A stretch of DNA of 64,000 bases from Desulfovibrio sp. UCD-KL4C (lineage in GTDB: Bacteria; Desulfobacterota; Desulfovibrionia; Desulfovibrionales; Desulfovibrionaceae), in NCBI RefSeq assembly GCF_006210265.1, contig NZ_VCNC01000007.1, positions 34,377 to 98,376 of the forward strand. Direction: 5' to 3'. Positions 29,249-39,046 of the stretch are shown here, in pieces; position 1 is the first letter of the stretch, and each line of letters begins with the position of its first letter. The notes beneath the pieces were generated by a model. It was given only the letters and a program-made list of their open reading frames with translations, was not told where the DNA came from and searched no databases. A program made the position numbers and the translations under genes.

Positions 29249-32200
29249 ATGAAAGGACTTATGCGGTTTACTTTGAAGCAGACGGTTTTTATCAATATAA
29301 TTTTTGTAGTGCTTATGATCGTCGGGATTTATTGTGCTTATGATTTGCCTGTTGAGCGTTATCCTAATGTTCACATGGGTAAGGTCGTGATCACGGGATT
29401 CTTGCCGGGTGCTTCACCCTCAGACGTTGAGGCTCTAGTAACAAAGAAGATTGAAGATGCGCTTGATGATCTGGAGAACGTCGAGTACATACGCTCACGC
29501 TCTTTTCGTGAACGTGCCAGTATTCTTGTAAAATTTATTGATGATACTGATTACCAGAAAAGTTATGACGAACTCCGCTTCAGAGTCCTTTCTATTCAGA
29601 ATGACCTGCCCAAAGATATGGACCCGCCAGCTTTCACTGAACTTAATGTAAACGAATGGTTACCTGCTATCAGAGTGTGTCTTGTCGGTGACAGGGCAAA
29701 CCGTGCTCTTTCGATGATGGCGGATGAAATGAAAGTTCCGCTTCGAAAAATCCCCGGCGTTAATCAAGTTGATATTGAGGGCGAATATGTTCGTGAATTT
29801 CATGTTAACCTTGACCCTAAAAAATTAATCCGCGCAAAAGTCACTTTCGAAGACGCAGCCAGAGCTTTGGAAGATGCTAATATTTCTATTCCTGCCGGAG
29901 ATTTTATTTCAAATAACGGAGAGTATGTAATTGTTGTTGATGAACGTTATCGTACCAGAGAGGAAATAGCGGCAACAATTATTCGCATGGATGGTGATGG
30001 ATCATTCGTAACAATCGGCGATGTTATGAGTGATGCGCGAGTTTCGTACCGTGATCCGCAGGTTATCACTTCCGTCAACGGACAAAATGCCGTGACTCTT
30101 AAGATTGTTAAAACGCAGGATGGAAATGCCGTTACCATTGCAGAAGATGTTGAAGTTATAGCCGCATCATTTAAAGAGGCTTTGGAGCGGGAAGGGGTTA
30201 AACTGGTCCTGACTAATGACCAGCGAATCCATATTGATGAGGCTATGAAAACGCTCGGTCTCAATCTGCTTGTGGGGATTGCGCTGGTATTTGTGATTAT
30301 TTATCTGGTTATGGGATTTCGCAACGCAATGTTGACGACCATAGGGGTGCCTTTTGCCTTTCTCGTGACCATGATAATTATGCGCCTTACCGGTAATTCT
30401 CTTAATCAGATAACACTTTTTTCATTTGTTTTGGTGAGCGGGATTATTGTTGATGACGCAATCGTAGTTGTTGAAAATATCTTTCGTCATGTTCAGGAAG
30501 GTAAAAGTGTACGTAATGCTGTCATAGACGGAACTTCCGAGGTCTTTTGGCCTGTTATTTCGGCAACGGGAACTACTGTTGCGGCCTTTTTGCCGATGCT
30601 TATTATGACAGGTTCGACCGGTGAATTTTTTGCTCAGGTCCCCAAAGCGATAACTTTTGCATTGATTGCTTCTTTGATTGAAAGCCTGCTGATCCTTCCT
30701 TCTCATTTTCTGGATTGGCCCGGGGCAGAAAAACTTTCTGAGGCTGGTGATAAATTAGCCCATGAACCTTTTTTTATGAGAGTCTTAAGACGCTGGACGG
30801 ATAAACTTCTTTCATTTGTCATGCGTTTTCGTTTTACATCGTTAACTGTCGTTTTCGGTGCTTTCGTTCTTGCAATAGCCATTTTAGTCGTTTCCATCTC
30901 AGGAGCTATTCCGCTCATTAAAATTAAGTTTTACCCTGACGATTACAGTTTGTATTATATTGAATTGGAAGGCCCAGTGGCAACCTCCATTGAAGTCACT
31001 TCTGATAAGTTGAAAAGAATATCAGTATTCATTGAAAAAATGGGGCCGAGCATGTCTACATCTGCCACTGCTTTTGCTGGATTCTACTTTAGCGAAGACT
31101 ATGAAATGATGTACGGAAGTAATCTGGGAAATATTGTTGTAGAATTGCCGGCAAAAGATAAACAGGTTTTTGCTGATGCTCCTAATAATGATCCGGGAAC
31201 TCATCTTGATTATATACGTAAAGCTATTAAGAAATTCGGTGGGGATGGCTGGACTATTCATGTCCGGCCTGAAAAAGACGGTCCTCCTGCCGGGAAGGAT
31301 TTAAATATAAGGATACTCGGGTCTGATCATATTGCTGTGCAGGGTCTGACTGCGAAGATTCTTGACTTTATAAAAAAGAATAATGAATTAGGGCTACAAC
31401 TTGTTAACCTAAGCAAGGATGAAGGTACTCCTAATAGAATATTTAGATTTTTACCCATAAATGAACGTATTTCAGAATATGGACTTACTCCTAAGCAGGT
31501 TGCAAGTCTTTCAGGATCAGTTTTAGACGGTCGCTTCGTAGGTAAATTCAGACTTGCTGACGAGGATGTAGACCTGCGCTTAAAGATTGATCCTGAATTT
31601 TTAAATTCGCCTGAAGATGCTCTCAGTATTCCGGTACTTGAACATAATGAAAGCCCTATTCGTCTAAGTGATTTATGCAAGGTTTCAATTTATATGGAAC
31701 CAGGGCAGTTTAACAGATTTATGACTCAGCGCGCTGTGACTATTACAGCTAATATTAAATCCGGATCAAAGCTTTCTCCGGCTATTGCCGTAAACAGAGT
31801 TAAAAAATTTTATGAGTCCGTACGTAATAATTACCCCGGTGCTTCGATCAACTTTTCTGGAGAATATGAATCAACCAGAAAGTCTTACACTTCGTTGCTT
31901 TATGCCTTTTTCACAGCTATTTTGATAATTTATCTTATTCTGGCGACGCAGTTTAAATCGTATTTGCAGCCGGTAATCATTCTTTCCGCTGTTGTTTTTT
32001 CACTGACTGGAGTTATTCTTGGAACATTCTTGTCTCAAACAATTTTTACGGTGAACAGCTTCATCGCAACGGTTGGAGTCACAGGTGTTGTTGTTAATGA
32101 TTCTCTGGTCTTACTCGATTTTATGAACAAGCTTTATTTAAGAGGAATGAAACGTAAAGAAGCCCTGCGCGAAGGAGTCAGAATAAGGCTTAGGCCGATT

Positions 32201-32428
32201 TTGTTGACAACTTTGACTACAACCCTTGGGTTGTTGCCTATGGCGATAGGTTTTCCTTCATACTCGCTTGTATGGGGAGCAATGGCTTCAACTTTTGTGA
32301 CGGGGCTATGTACCGCGACTTTCTTGACTTTGTTCATCATTCCCGTTGAGTGGGATTTGTTAATGGGTTTTATTGAGTGGAAAGAAAAGCGTAAAGAGCG
32401 TAAACAAAATATCCAGCTCAGTAATTGA
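29249..32428 (+). CDS. RND-family efflux permease (AcrB/AcrD/AcrF type)
   Basis: 1059 aa. Twelve-TM, two-large-loop architecture. The conserved TM4 region is LVSGIIVDDAIVVVENI. Confidence 0.92.
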   Translation: MKGLMRFTLKQTVFINIIFVVLMIVGIYCAYDLPVERYPNVHMGKVVITGFLPGASPSDVEALVTKKIEDALDDLENVEYIRSRSFRERASILVKFIDDTDYQKSYDELRFRVLSIQNDLPKDMDPPAFTELNVNEWLPAIRVCLVGDRANRALSMMADEMKVPLRKIPGVNQVDIEGEYVREFHVNLDPKKLIRAKVTFEDAARALEDANISIPAGDFISNNGEYVIVVDERYRTREEIAATIIRMDGDGSFVTIGDVMSDARVSYRDPQVITSVNGQNAVTLKIVKTQDGNAVTIAEDVEVIAASFKEALEREGVKLVLTNDQRIHIDEAMKTLGLNLLVGIALVFVIIYLVMGFRNAMLTTIGVPFAFLVTMIIMRLTGNSLNQITLFSFVLVSGIIVDDAIVVVENIFRHVQEGKSVRNAVIDGTSEVFWPVISATGTTVAAFLPMLIMTGSTGEFFAQVPKAITFALIASLIESLLILPSHFLDWPGAEKLSEAGDKLAHEPFFMRVLRRWTDKLLSFVMRFRFTSLTVVFGAFVLAIAILVVSISGAIPLIKIKFYPDDYSLYYIELEGPVATSIEVTSDKLKRISVFIEKMGPSMSTSATAFAGFYFSEDYEMMYGSNLGNIVVELPAKDKQVFADAPNNDPGTHLDYIRKAIKKFGGDGWTIHVRPEKDGPPAGKDLNIRILGSDHIAVQGLTAKILDFIKKNNELGLQLVNLSKDEGTPNRIFRFLPINERISEYGLTPKQVASLSGSVLDGRFVGKFRLADEDVDLRLKIDPEFLNSPEDALSIPVLEHNESPIRLSDLCKVSIYMEPGQFNRFMTQRAVTITANIKSGSKLSPAIAVNRVKKFYESVRNNYPGASINFSGEYESTRKSYTSLLYAFFTAILIIYLILATQFKSYLQPVIILSAVVFSLTGVILGTFLSQTIFTVNSFIATVGVTGVVVNDSLVLLDFMNKLYLRGMKRKEALREGVRIRLRPILLTTLTTTLGLLPMAIGFPSYSLVWGAMASTFVTGLCTATFLTLFIIPVEWDLLMGFIEWKEKRKERKQNIQLSN

Positions 32429-32474
32429 TCTACAACTCTCTGCAACTTTTACTGTACATTAGGCGGCAAAAAGC

Positions 32475-32768
32475 GTGAATGAACTAGAAAAAAAACTGGC
32501 AGAACTTAATAAGCGTTATGGAGCTGATCTTGGCGACCGGGTTGAAGCTTTAGAAGATTTTTTGTCTGAATATCTTTCATCCGGCAGCAAAATTGCTCTT
32601 GAAAAATTGTACAAAGGAGCTCATGCCCTTGCCGGTTCGGCAAGAACTTTCGGTTTCTCCGATGTAAGTGTGGTCGCAAAGGAACTTGAATTGTCTGCCC
32701 GTGAGTCTGATGATGCAAAAAAATTATTAGCCAGATTATCTGAGCTTAAAAAACTTATTTCTTCCTGA
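32475..32768 (+). CDS. stand-alone Hpt (histidine phosphotransfer) domain protein
   Basis: 97 aa with a GTG start. The Hpt-like motif is GAHALAGSARTFGF, containing the putative phospho-His. Confidence 0.6.
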   Translation: MNELEKKLAELNKRYGADLGDRVEALEDFLSEYLSSGSKIALEKLYKGAHALAGSARTFGFSDVSVVAKELELSARESDDAKKLLARLSELKKLISS

Positions 32769-32890
32769 TTATTACAGGGTTTAATAATAATGAGAGGGCG
32801 TGTTTTCCTCTGTTTTTAAGGAGTGAAAGCTGCTTCTATGCTGTTTTTATGGTTGCATAGTGTCCTCTTGATGGTTATAGGCACCAAACT

Positions 32891-35284
32891 ATGAGCAAAG
32901 ATCTTATTATCGTCGAGTCCCCAGCAAAGGTAAAGACCATCAGCAAGTTTCTTGGTAAAAATTATCAGGTGGCCGCATCAGTCGGTCACATTCGAGATTT
33001 GCCTAAAAACAAGCTTGGTGTTGATGAGGGTGGTGATTTTACACCTCAGTATCAGGTCATCCCCGGTAAAGAGGATGTAGTTAATAAATTGAAGAAAGCG
33101 GCAGCTACAGCTGACCACGTCTATTTGGCTCCTGACCCTGACCGCGAGGGAGAGGCTATCGGATGGCATGTTGCGGCCATTCTTAAAGACGTAAATCAAA
33201 ATATAAGCCGTATTCAGTTTAACGAAATTACAGCCCGCGCCGTTAAAGAGGCTCTTGAGCATCCGGTTCCGCTTAATGAGCAGCTCTTTGATTCGCAGCA
33301 GGCTCGCCGAATTCTTGATCGCCTTGTGGGTTATAAAATTTCTCCTATTCTATGGAAGAAAGTTAAGCGCGGTATTTCAGCAGGAAGGGTGCAATCCGTT
33401 GCACTTAAGATTGTAGTAGAGCGCGAAAAAGAGAGGCGCCTATTTATACCTGAAGAATACTGGCTCTTTAAAGCTGAGCTTGAAGGGAAGAATCCTCCGC
33501 CGTTCAGTGCCGACCTTTGGAAGATAAAAGGTAAAAAAGCTGTAATCGGTTCCGCCGAAGAAGCTGAAGATCTTGAAAAGTCCGTTAAGGATGTTCCGTT
33601 TAAAATTACCGACCTTACTGAAAAAGAGCGCAAGCGTAACCCGCTTCCTCCATATATAACTTCCACCCTTCAGCAGGATGCTAACCGTAGGCTTGGATAT
33701 TCCGCCAAGCGTACTATGACTGTTGCTCAAAGACTTTATGAAGGGGTTGAGCTGGGCGATAAAGGTACAACCGCACTTATCACCTATATGCGTACTGACT
33801 CCGTCAGGATCGCGGATGAAGCGCGCGACACAGCAAAAAAACTTATTCTTGAGAAATATGGAAAGGAGTTTTACCCGCCCAAAGCCAGAGCTTTTAAGTC
33901 AAAAGGCAGCGCACAGGATGCTCATGAAGCGGTCAGACCTGTTGATGCTACTATCCAGCCTGAAGATGTAAAAGCTTTTCTGCCTGCTGATCAGTATAAA
34001 GTTTATAAACTTATCTGGGATAGATTCATTGCTTCCCAAATGGCACAAGCTCGTTTCTGGGATACGGTTGTGACCGTTGAAGCCGGAGAAACTATTTGGC
34101 GTTCGAAAGGTGAAAGACTCCTCTTCCCAGGTTTCATGCGGGTGACAGGTAAGACTGGCGATGAAAAACTTATTGAGCTTCCAAAATTGGAAATCGGTGA
34201 TGACCTTAAGGTTAACAAGATCGATAAGGAACAGAAGTTTACTCAGCCACCACCTCGTTATTCCGAAGCTTCTCTTGTTCGTGAGCTTGAAGAAAAAGGA
34301 ATTGGGCGTCCTTCCACTTACGCTGCAATTATTTCTACGATTCAGGATCGTGAATATGTGACCCTTGAAGAGAAAAAATTTGTACCTACTGAACTTGGAT
34401 TTGTTGTTAGCGATCAGTTAAGTGAACATTTCAAAGAACTTATGGATGTAGGTTTTACCGCAGCAATGGAAAGGCAGCTTGATGATGTAGCTGACGGGAA
34501 AATGCAATGGACTTCTTTGATGAAAGATTTTGCCGGTGGATTTTACCCAACCCTTGAAGTTGCGCAGAAAGAAATGAAGCGTGGCGGTGAGGATACCGGT
34601 ATTATGTGCGAAAAATGCGCTGCTCCGATGGTTATCAAGTTTGGAAAAACCGGAGAATTTTTAGGCTGTTCAAATTATCCAGACTGTAAAAGTATTGTTA
34701 ATTTTACCCGTGACGAAAAGGGCAAGATTGTGATTCTAGAGGATCAGCCAGCCGAAGACACAGGTGTTACTTGCGAAAAATGCGGCTTACCAATGGCAAT
34801 CAAGCGTTCCAGCAGAGGCGAATTCCTTGGTTGTTCCGGTTATCCTGATTGTCGCAATATTAAGAACTTTGCACGTGATGATGACGGCGTTATCAAGGTT
34901 GTTGAAACAGAAGAATCGCAGGTTGTGGGTACATGTCCTGACTGTAAGGGCGACCTGATAATCAAGAGAGCTAGAACAGGAAGCCGGTTTATTGCATGTA
35001 GTAATTATCCTGATTGTAAGTTTGCAAAACCATTCTCTACCGGGGTTAAATGTCCGAAAGAGGGATGCGAAGGTGAACTTGTTGAAAAGAGCTCACGTCG
35101 AGGTAAAATATTTTACTCCTGTGATAAGTACCCAGATTGCGATTATGCAGTATGGTATCCGCCTATTGATGGCCCATGTCCTAAATGCGGACACCCTGTT
35201 CTTGTTAAAAAGACCACTAAAGCAAAAGGAACACACATTGCCTGCCCTGAAAAAGGATGCGGTTATACTCAAGAAGATGAGTAG
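32891..35284 (+). CDS. topA: DNA topoisomerase I
   Basis: 797 aa. Toprim N-terminus (LIIVESPAKVKTI, DPDREGEAI), active-site region ITYMRTDS, and five C-terminal C4 zinc-ribbon repeats (CEKC...YPDC etc.). Confidence 0.95.
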   Translation: MSKDLIIVESPAKVKTISKFLGKNYQVAASVGHIRDLPKNKLGVDEGGDFTPQYQVIPGKEDVVNKLKKAAATADHVYLAPDPDREGEAIGWHVAAILKDVNQNISRIQFNEITARAVKEALEHPVPLNEQLFDSQQARRILDRLVGYKISPILWKKVKRGISAGRVQSVALKIVVEREKERRLFIPEEYWLFKAELEGKNPPPFSADLWKIKGKKAVIGSAEEAEDLEKSVKDVPFKITDLTEKERKRNPLPPYITSTLQQDANRRLGYSAKRTMTVAQRLYEGVELGDKGTTALITYMRTDSVRIADEARDTAKKLILEKYGKEFYPPKARAFKSKGSAQDAHEAVRPVDATIQPEDVKAFLPADQYKVYKLIWDRFIASQMAQARFWDTVVTVEAGETIWRSKGERLLFPGFMRVTGKTGDEKLIELPKLEIGDDLKVNKIDKEQKFTQPPPRYSEASLVRELEEKGIGRPSTYAAIISTIQDREYVTLEEKKFVPTELGFVVSDQLSEHFKELMDVGFTAAMERQLDDVADGKMQWTSLMKDFAGGFYPTLEVAQKEMKRGGEDTGIMCEKCAAPMVIKFGKTGEFLGCSNYPDCKSIVNFTRDEKGKIVILEDQPAEDTGVTCEKCGLPMAIKRSSRGEFLGCSGYPDCRNIKNFARDDDGVIKVVETEESQVVGTCPDCKGDLIIKRARTGSRFIACSNYPDCKFAKPFSTGVKCPKEGCEGELVEKSSRRGKIFYSCDKYPDCDYAVWYPPIDGPCPKCGHPVLVKKTTKAKGTHIACPEKGCGYTQEDE

Positions 35285-35365
35285 AGTTTATCTTCCTGTT
35301 TTATAAGTGTTTTATTCTAATCTAGAAAAAGTCTATATTTTATCTAGACTCATTGATGTGTTTAA

Positions 35366-35397
35366 AAGCCCTTTCCGAGCATACTTGGGAAGGGCTT
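35366..35397 (+). terminator. hairpin after topA
   Basis: aagccctttcc pairs with gggaagggctt (one mismatch). The T-tail is weak. Confidence 0.4.
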
Positions 35398-35572
35398 GAT
35401 TATTAAAAGTATAATTATCAACAGCTATAAATAACTGACGATAACTGAATTGGCGTGTACTGTTTTTTTCGTGTAGTTCTTTCAGTAGCGAAAAATCTAA
35501 AAATCAAACAAGATAATCTTATTCCAAGTGTTAACAAAAACACGAATTGAAATAATAAATGAGGATTAATCA

Positions 35573-36487
35573 ATGTCAGAATTTAAATTTGGGTTCGTAG
35601 CCCTTTTAGGGCCGCCAAATGCGGGCAAAAGTACTCTTATGAATCATTATCTGGGGCAGAAAGTAGCGATTGTTTCTCCCAAACCTCAGACTACCCGTAA
35701 CCGTATCAGTGGAATTTTAAGCGATGATGATTCTCAGGTTGTTTTTTTGGATACCCCCGGTGTTCATAAATTGCGCGGCAAAATGAATCGCTTTCTGCTT
35801 GAGACTGCCTGGGATGCTCTTGCAAATTCAGACGTGATTGTCGTTTTGTTTGACGCAGCTTTTTTTGCCTCAAAACCTCACCTCATGGAGCAGGAACTTT
35901 CACCTTTGGTCAAGCCGGTTAACGGTTCTGGTCGTCCTGTTTACATTGCAGTTAATAAAATCGACAAAGTTAAAGATAAAGCTATGCTTTTACCGGTTAT
36001 GCAAAAGGCGCAGGCAATGTGGCCTGATGCTGAATTTTTCCCGATTTCCGCACGTAAGGGTGACGGGGCTGATGTCTTGCTTGATAAGATCAAAGCCGCA
36101 CTACCTGAAGGAGCACCCATGTTCCCTGAGGATCAGATTTCAACTGTTCCGATGCGCTTCATGGCTGCCGAAGTAATTCGTGAAAAGCTTTTCATGAGTC
36201 TTCAGCAGGAACTTCCTTATTCTACTGCTGTTGAAATTGAGTTTTGGAATGAAGACCCTGAAAAGAATCTTGTTAATATCGGAGCAATTATCTACACAAC
36301 CAAGAGTAATCATAAGGGAATGATCATTGGTAAGGGTGGTCAAAACCTTAAGAAAATAGGTATTAAGTCCCGTACTGAAATAGAAGAAATGCTTGAGCAG
36401 AAGGTTATGCTTGAACTTTGGGTCAAGGTTAGAGAAGGCTGGACTGAAGATGTCGGATTCCTCAGATCAATCGGTCTTGGAGAATAA
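35573..36487 (+). CDS. era: GTPase Era
   Basis: 304 aa. G1 GPPNAGKST, G3 DTPG, G4 NKID, and the C-terminal KH domain (GMIIGKGGQNLKKIG). Confidence 0.95.
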   Translation: MSEFKFGFVALLGPPNAGKSTLMNHYLGQKVAIVSPKPQTTRNRISGILSDDDSQVVFLDTPGVHKLRGKMNRFLLETAWDALANSDVIVVLFDAAFFASKPHLMEQELSPLVKPVNGSGRPVYIAVNKIDKVKDKAMLLPVMQKAQAMWPDAEFFPISARKGDGADVLLDKIKAALPEGAPMFPEDQISTVPMRFMAAEVIREKLFMSLQQELPYSTAVEIEFWNEDPEKNLVNIGAIIYTTKSNHKGMIIGKGGQNLKKIGIKSRTEIEEMLEQKVMLELWVKVREGWTEDVGFLRSIGLGE

Positions 36488-36664
36488 GAGACTGCCTGTT
36501 TAGTGTGGTCGCAAGACGAGAAAGTTTTTTATTAGCCTGAAGATTTTGTTTTCGATAGGTAAATTAATAGCTTTCTTGTTCTTTTATTTTCTTTTTATTA
36601 AAGAAATATTAATTAACAACCGAAATCTAATATATACTGGTTTAATGCAGTTGGTAGTAAGTTA

Positions 36665-37366
36665 ATGAAAAATAGGGAAAAAGAACTTTTAGAAAATATT
36701 GCGGCGGTCAATGAAGATATTGCTGACGCGGTTGCAAAGGTAGGAAGAAAGCCAGGATCTGTCACACTTATGGCCGTTTCCAAACTTCACCCTGCTTCTG
36801 ATATTGAAATTTTATTTCGAGCCGGTCAGAGATGTTTCGGAGAGTCTTACATGCAGGAATCTCTGGCAAAACAGGAAGAACTAGCTCATTTGGATATAGA
36901 TTGGCATTATATAGGCGGTCTTCAGTCTAAAAAAGCGAAGTATGTTTCTGGAAGATTTTGCGCTATACATAGTGTTGATTCAATTAAACTGGCAGAACTT
37001 TTGAATAAAAAAGCGTGTTCACTTGGAGTTGTTCAAAATATTCTTATCCAGGTTAACACTGCAGGAGAAGAGCAGAAAAGCGGCGTTTCTGAAGAAGATG
37101 TTCCTGCATTAATTGAACATATTTCTTCGCTTGAGAATTTGAAACTGACTGGACTTATGGCTCTTCCCCCGTTTTTTGGAGATCCTGAAGGTGCGCGTCC
37201 TTATTTTGCAAGGTTACGTATGCTTTCCGAAGGCATGGAAAAGTTGTTCGGAATTAAGCTTCCTGAGTTATCTATGGGGATGACCGGAGACTTTAGAGTT
37301 GCAATAGAGGAAGGCTCTACAATGGTCAGAGTCGGTACAAGAATTTTTGGACAGAGATCGGGTTAA
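36665..37366 (+). CDS. yggS: YggS-family pyridoxal-phosphate homeostasis protein
   Basis: 233 aa. LMAVSKLHP (PLP lysine) and the C-terminal MGMTGDFRVAIEEGSTMVRVGTRIFG. Confidence 0.9.
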   Translation: MKNREKELLENIAAVNEDIADAVAKVGRKPGSVTLMAVSKLHPASDIEILFRAGQRCFGESYMQESLAKQEELAHLDIDWHYIGGLQSKKAKYVSGRFCAIHSVDSIKLAELLNKKACSLGVVQNILIQVNTAGEEQKSGVSEEDVPALIEHISSLENLKLTGLMALPPFFGDPEGARPYFARLRMLSEGMEKLFGIKLPELSMGMTGDFRVAIEEGSTMVRVGTRIFGQRSG

Positions 37367-37401
37367 ATTCCCGTCTCACAACACACGGGTAGGCGGACTA
37401 A

Positions 37402-38163
37402 ATGGATCTGGGTACCGTAATAGGAATAGTTCTTTCATTCGGTCTGGTGCTTGCGGCTATTCTTGTCGGAAGTCCTTTGGCTATTTTTATTTCTGTTCCT
37501 TCTGTACTTATTGTTATCGGGGGGACAATCGGAGCTTCTCTTGTTAATTATCCGGCAGGACACGTTGTTGGTGTTATCGGGGTTATTAAAAAAACATTCT
37601 TTTCAAACCTTGAATCTCCTTCAGATATCATTGCCAAATTTATGGATTTTGCTAATCGTGCCCGTCGCGAAGGAATCCTTTCTCTCGAACCAGCACTTAA
37701 AAGCATAGAAGATGATTTTTTACGTAAAGGGTTGCAATTGACCGTTGACGGACTTGAGCCTCAAGTAATTCAGGAGATCCTTGAAACGGAAATTCAGTAT
37801 CTTGAAAATAGGCACGAAACAGGAGCAGAAATCTTGAAGATTTTTGCTGATTTTGCTCCGGCAATGGGAATGATCGGAACTGTTATCGGTCTGGTGCAAA
37901 TGCTTCAGACTATGAGTGATCCAAGTTCTATTGGCCCTGCAATGGCTGTTGCTTTGCTCACCACGCTTTACGGAGCTATTCTGGCTAACCTTGTGTTCAC
38001 TCCTATGTCCGGTAAGCTTAAAACCCGTAGTAAAGAGGAAGTCCTCTTGCGTGAAATGGTTATGGAAGGGATTATTTCAATTTCTAAAGGAGAAAATCCT
38101 AAAATTATTGAAGAAAAGCTCAATAGTTTTCTTCCTCCTAAAATTCGCAGAGTTGTTGATTAA
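37402..38163 (+). CDS. motA: flagellar stator protein MotA/PomA
   Basis: 253 aa. Four TM segments and the conserved PAMGMIGTVIGL...ALLTTLYGAILANL C-terminal channel region. Confidence 0.9.
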   Translation: MDLGTVIGIVLSFGLVLAAILVGSPLAIFISVPSVLIVIGGTIGASLVNYPAGHVVGVIGVIKKTFFSNLESPSDIIAKFMDFANRARREGILSLEPALKSIEDDFLRKGLQLTVDGLEPQVIQEILETEIQYLENRHETGAEILKIFADFAPAMGMIGTVIGLVQMLQTMSDPSSIGPAMAVALLTTLYGAILANLVFTPMSGKLKTRSKEEVLLREMVMEGIISISKGENPKIIEEKLNSFLPPKIRRVVD

Positions 38164-38192
38164 TTTTTTTCTGAACTTTGACCGAGGGCTTA

Positions 38193-39032
38193 ATGGGGAG
38201 AGAGAAAAAACCTGTACCACCTGAAGGGCAGCCGCTCTGGCTTATAACATTCAGTGATCTTATGACACTGATGCTTACTTTTTTTGTGCTTTTGGTAAGT
38301 ATGTCAGTTGTTGATGAACGGAGAAAGCTGATAGTTCTCGGGTCGATTATTGGGACATTCGGGTTTGGAACTCAGGGTTATGACGTCCTTTCTACGCAAG
38401 ATACACGCAGGACTATCGAAGTAGGTCCGCTTGAAGTAAAAAATGATCTTGAGCTTGTGAAACCCCTGCTCTGGGAGTTTGCAGACGATGATCTGCGGTT
38501 TGAGTCTAATAGGTTTGTTCAGATTATTTCTATCGGCGGTGATGTTCTGTTCGCACCTGACAGTTCTCAGCTTTCCGGTAAGGGGCTAAGAATGCTAGAC
38601 ACCATTTTCCCGATTTTAAAGCGTGTAAAAAATCCTATTCTGCTTGCAGGTCATACTTCAATTTTACGCGATGAGCTGGGCGAAGATTACAGAGTTGAAG
38701 ATAAGAATCTTATTCCTGACGTTTCTTGGAAAATTTCTTTAAACAGAGTTTTGGCAGTTTATTCACATTTAGTTCAGAGCGGGATGAATCCTGATATGCT
38801 TAAGATGGAAGCTTTTGGGAAATTTAATCCCCGCTACCCCAATAATACTCCTGAGGGGCGGCTTAAAAATCGTAGGGTTGATATAGTGCTTGACACAAGA
38901 AATCCTGCTGTTGAGCATGAACTTAAAGAATATCGTCCAAAGAAGAATGTTAAGGGTGATGGTAATTTTGATTATGACGGTTTTGTTTTTCCGATAAAGG
39001 ATTCTGTGAATCCAAAACAAGGTAAGCAGTAA
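38193..39032 (+). CDS. motB: flagellar stator protein MotB-like (divergent OmpA-type C-terminus)
   Basis: Start set to ATG 38193 (GAGGG RBS). TM with the conserved Asp is WLITFSDLMTLMLTFFVLL. The C-terminal OmpA-like domain ends NRRVDIVL, but the peptidoglycan-binding motif is degenerate (GHTS..., SLNRVLAV). Confidence 0.8.
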   Translation: MGREKKPVPPEGQPLWLITFSDLMTLMLTFFVLLVSMSVVDERRKLIVLGSIIGTFGFGTQGYDVLSTQDTRRTIEVGPLEVKNDLELVKPLLWEFADDDLRFESNRFVQIISIGGDVLFAPDSSQLSGKGLRMLDTIFPILKRVKNPILLAGHTSILRDELGEDYRVEDKNLIPDVSWKISLNRVLAVYSHLVQSGMNPDMLKMEAFGKFNPRYPNNTPEGRLKNRRVDIVLDTRNPAVEHELKEYRPKKNVKGDGNFDYDGFVFPIKDSVNPKQGKQ

Positions 39033-39046
39033 CAATTATTTAAATT

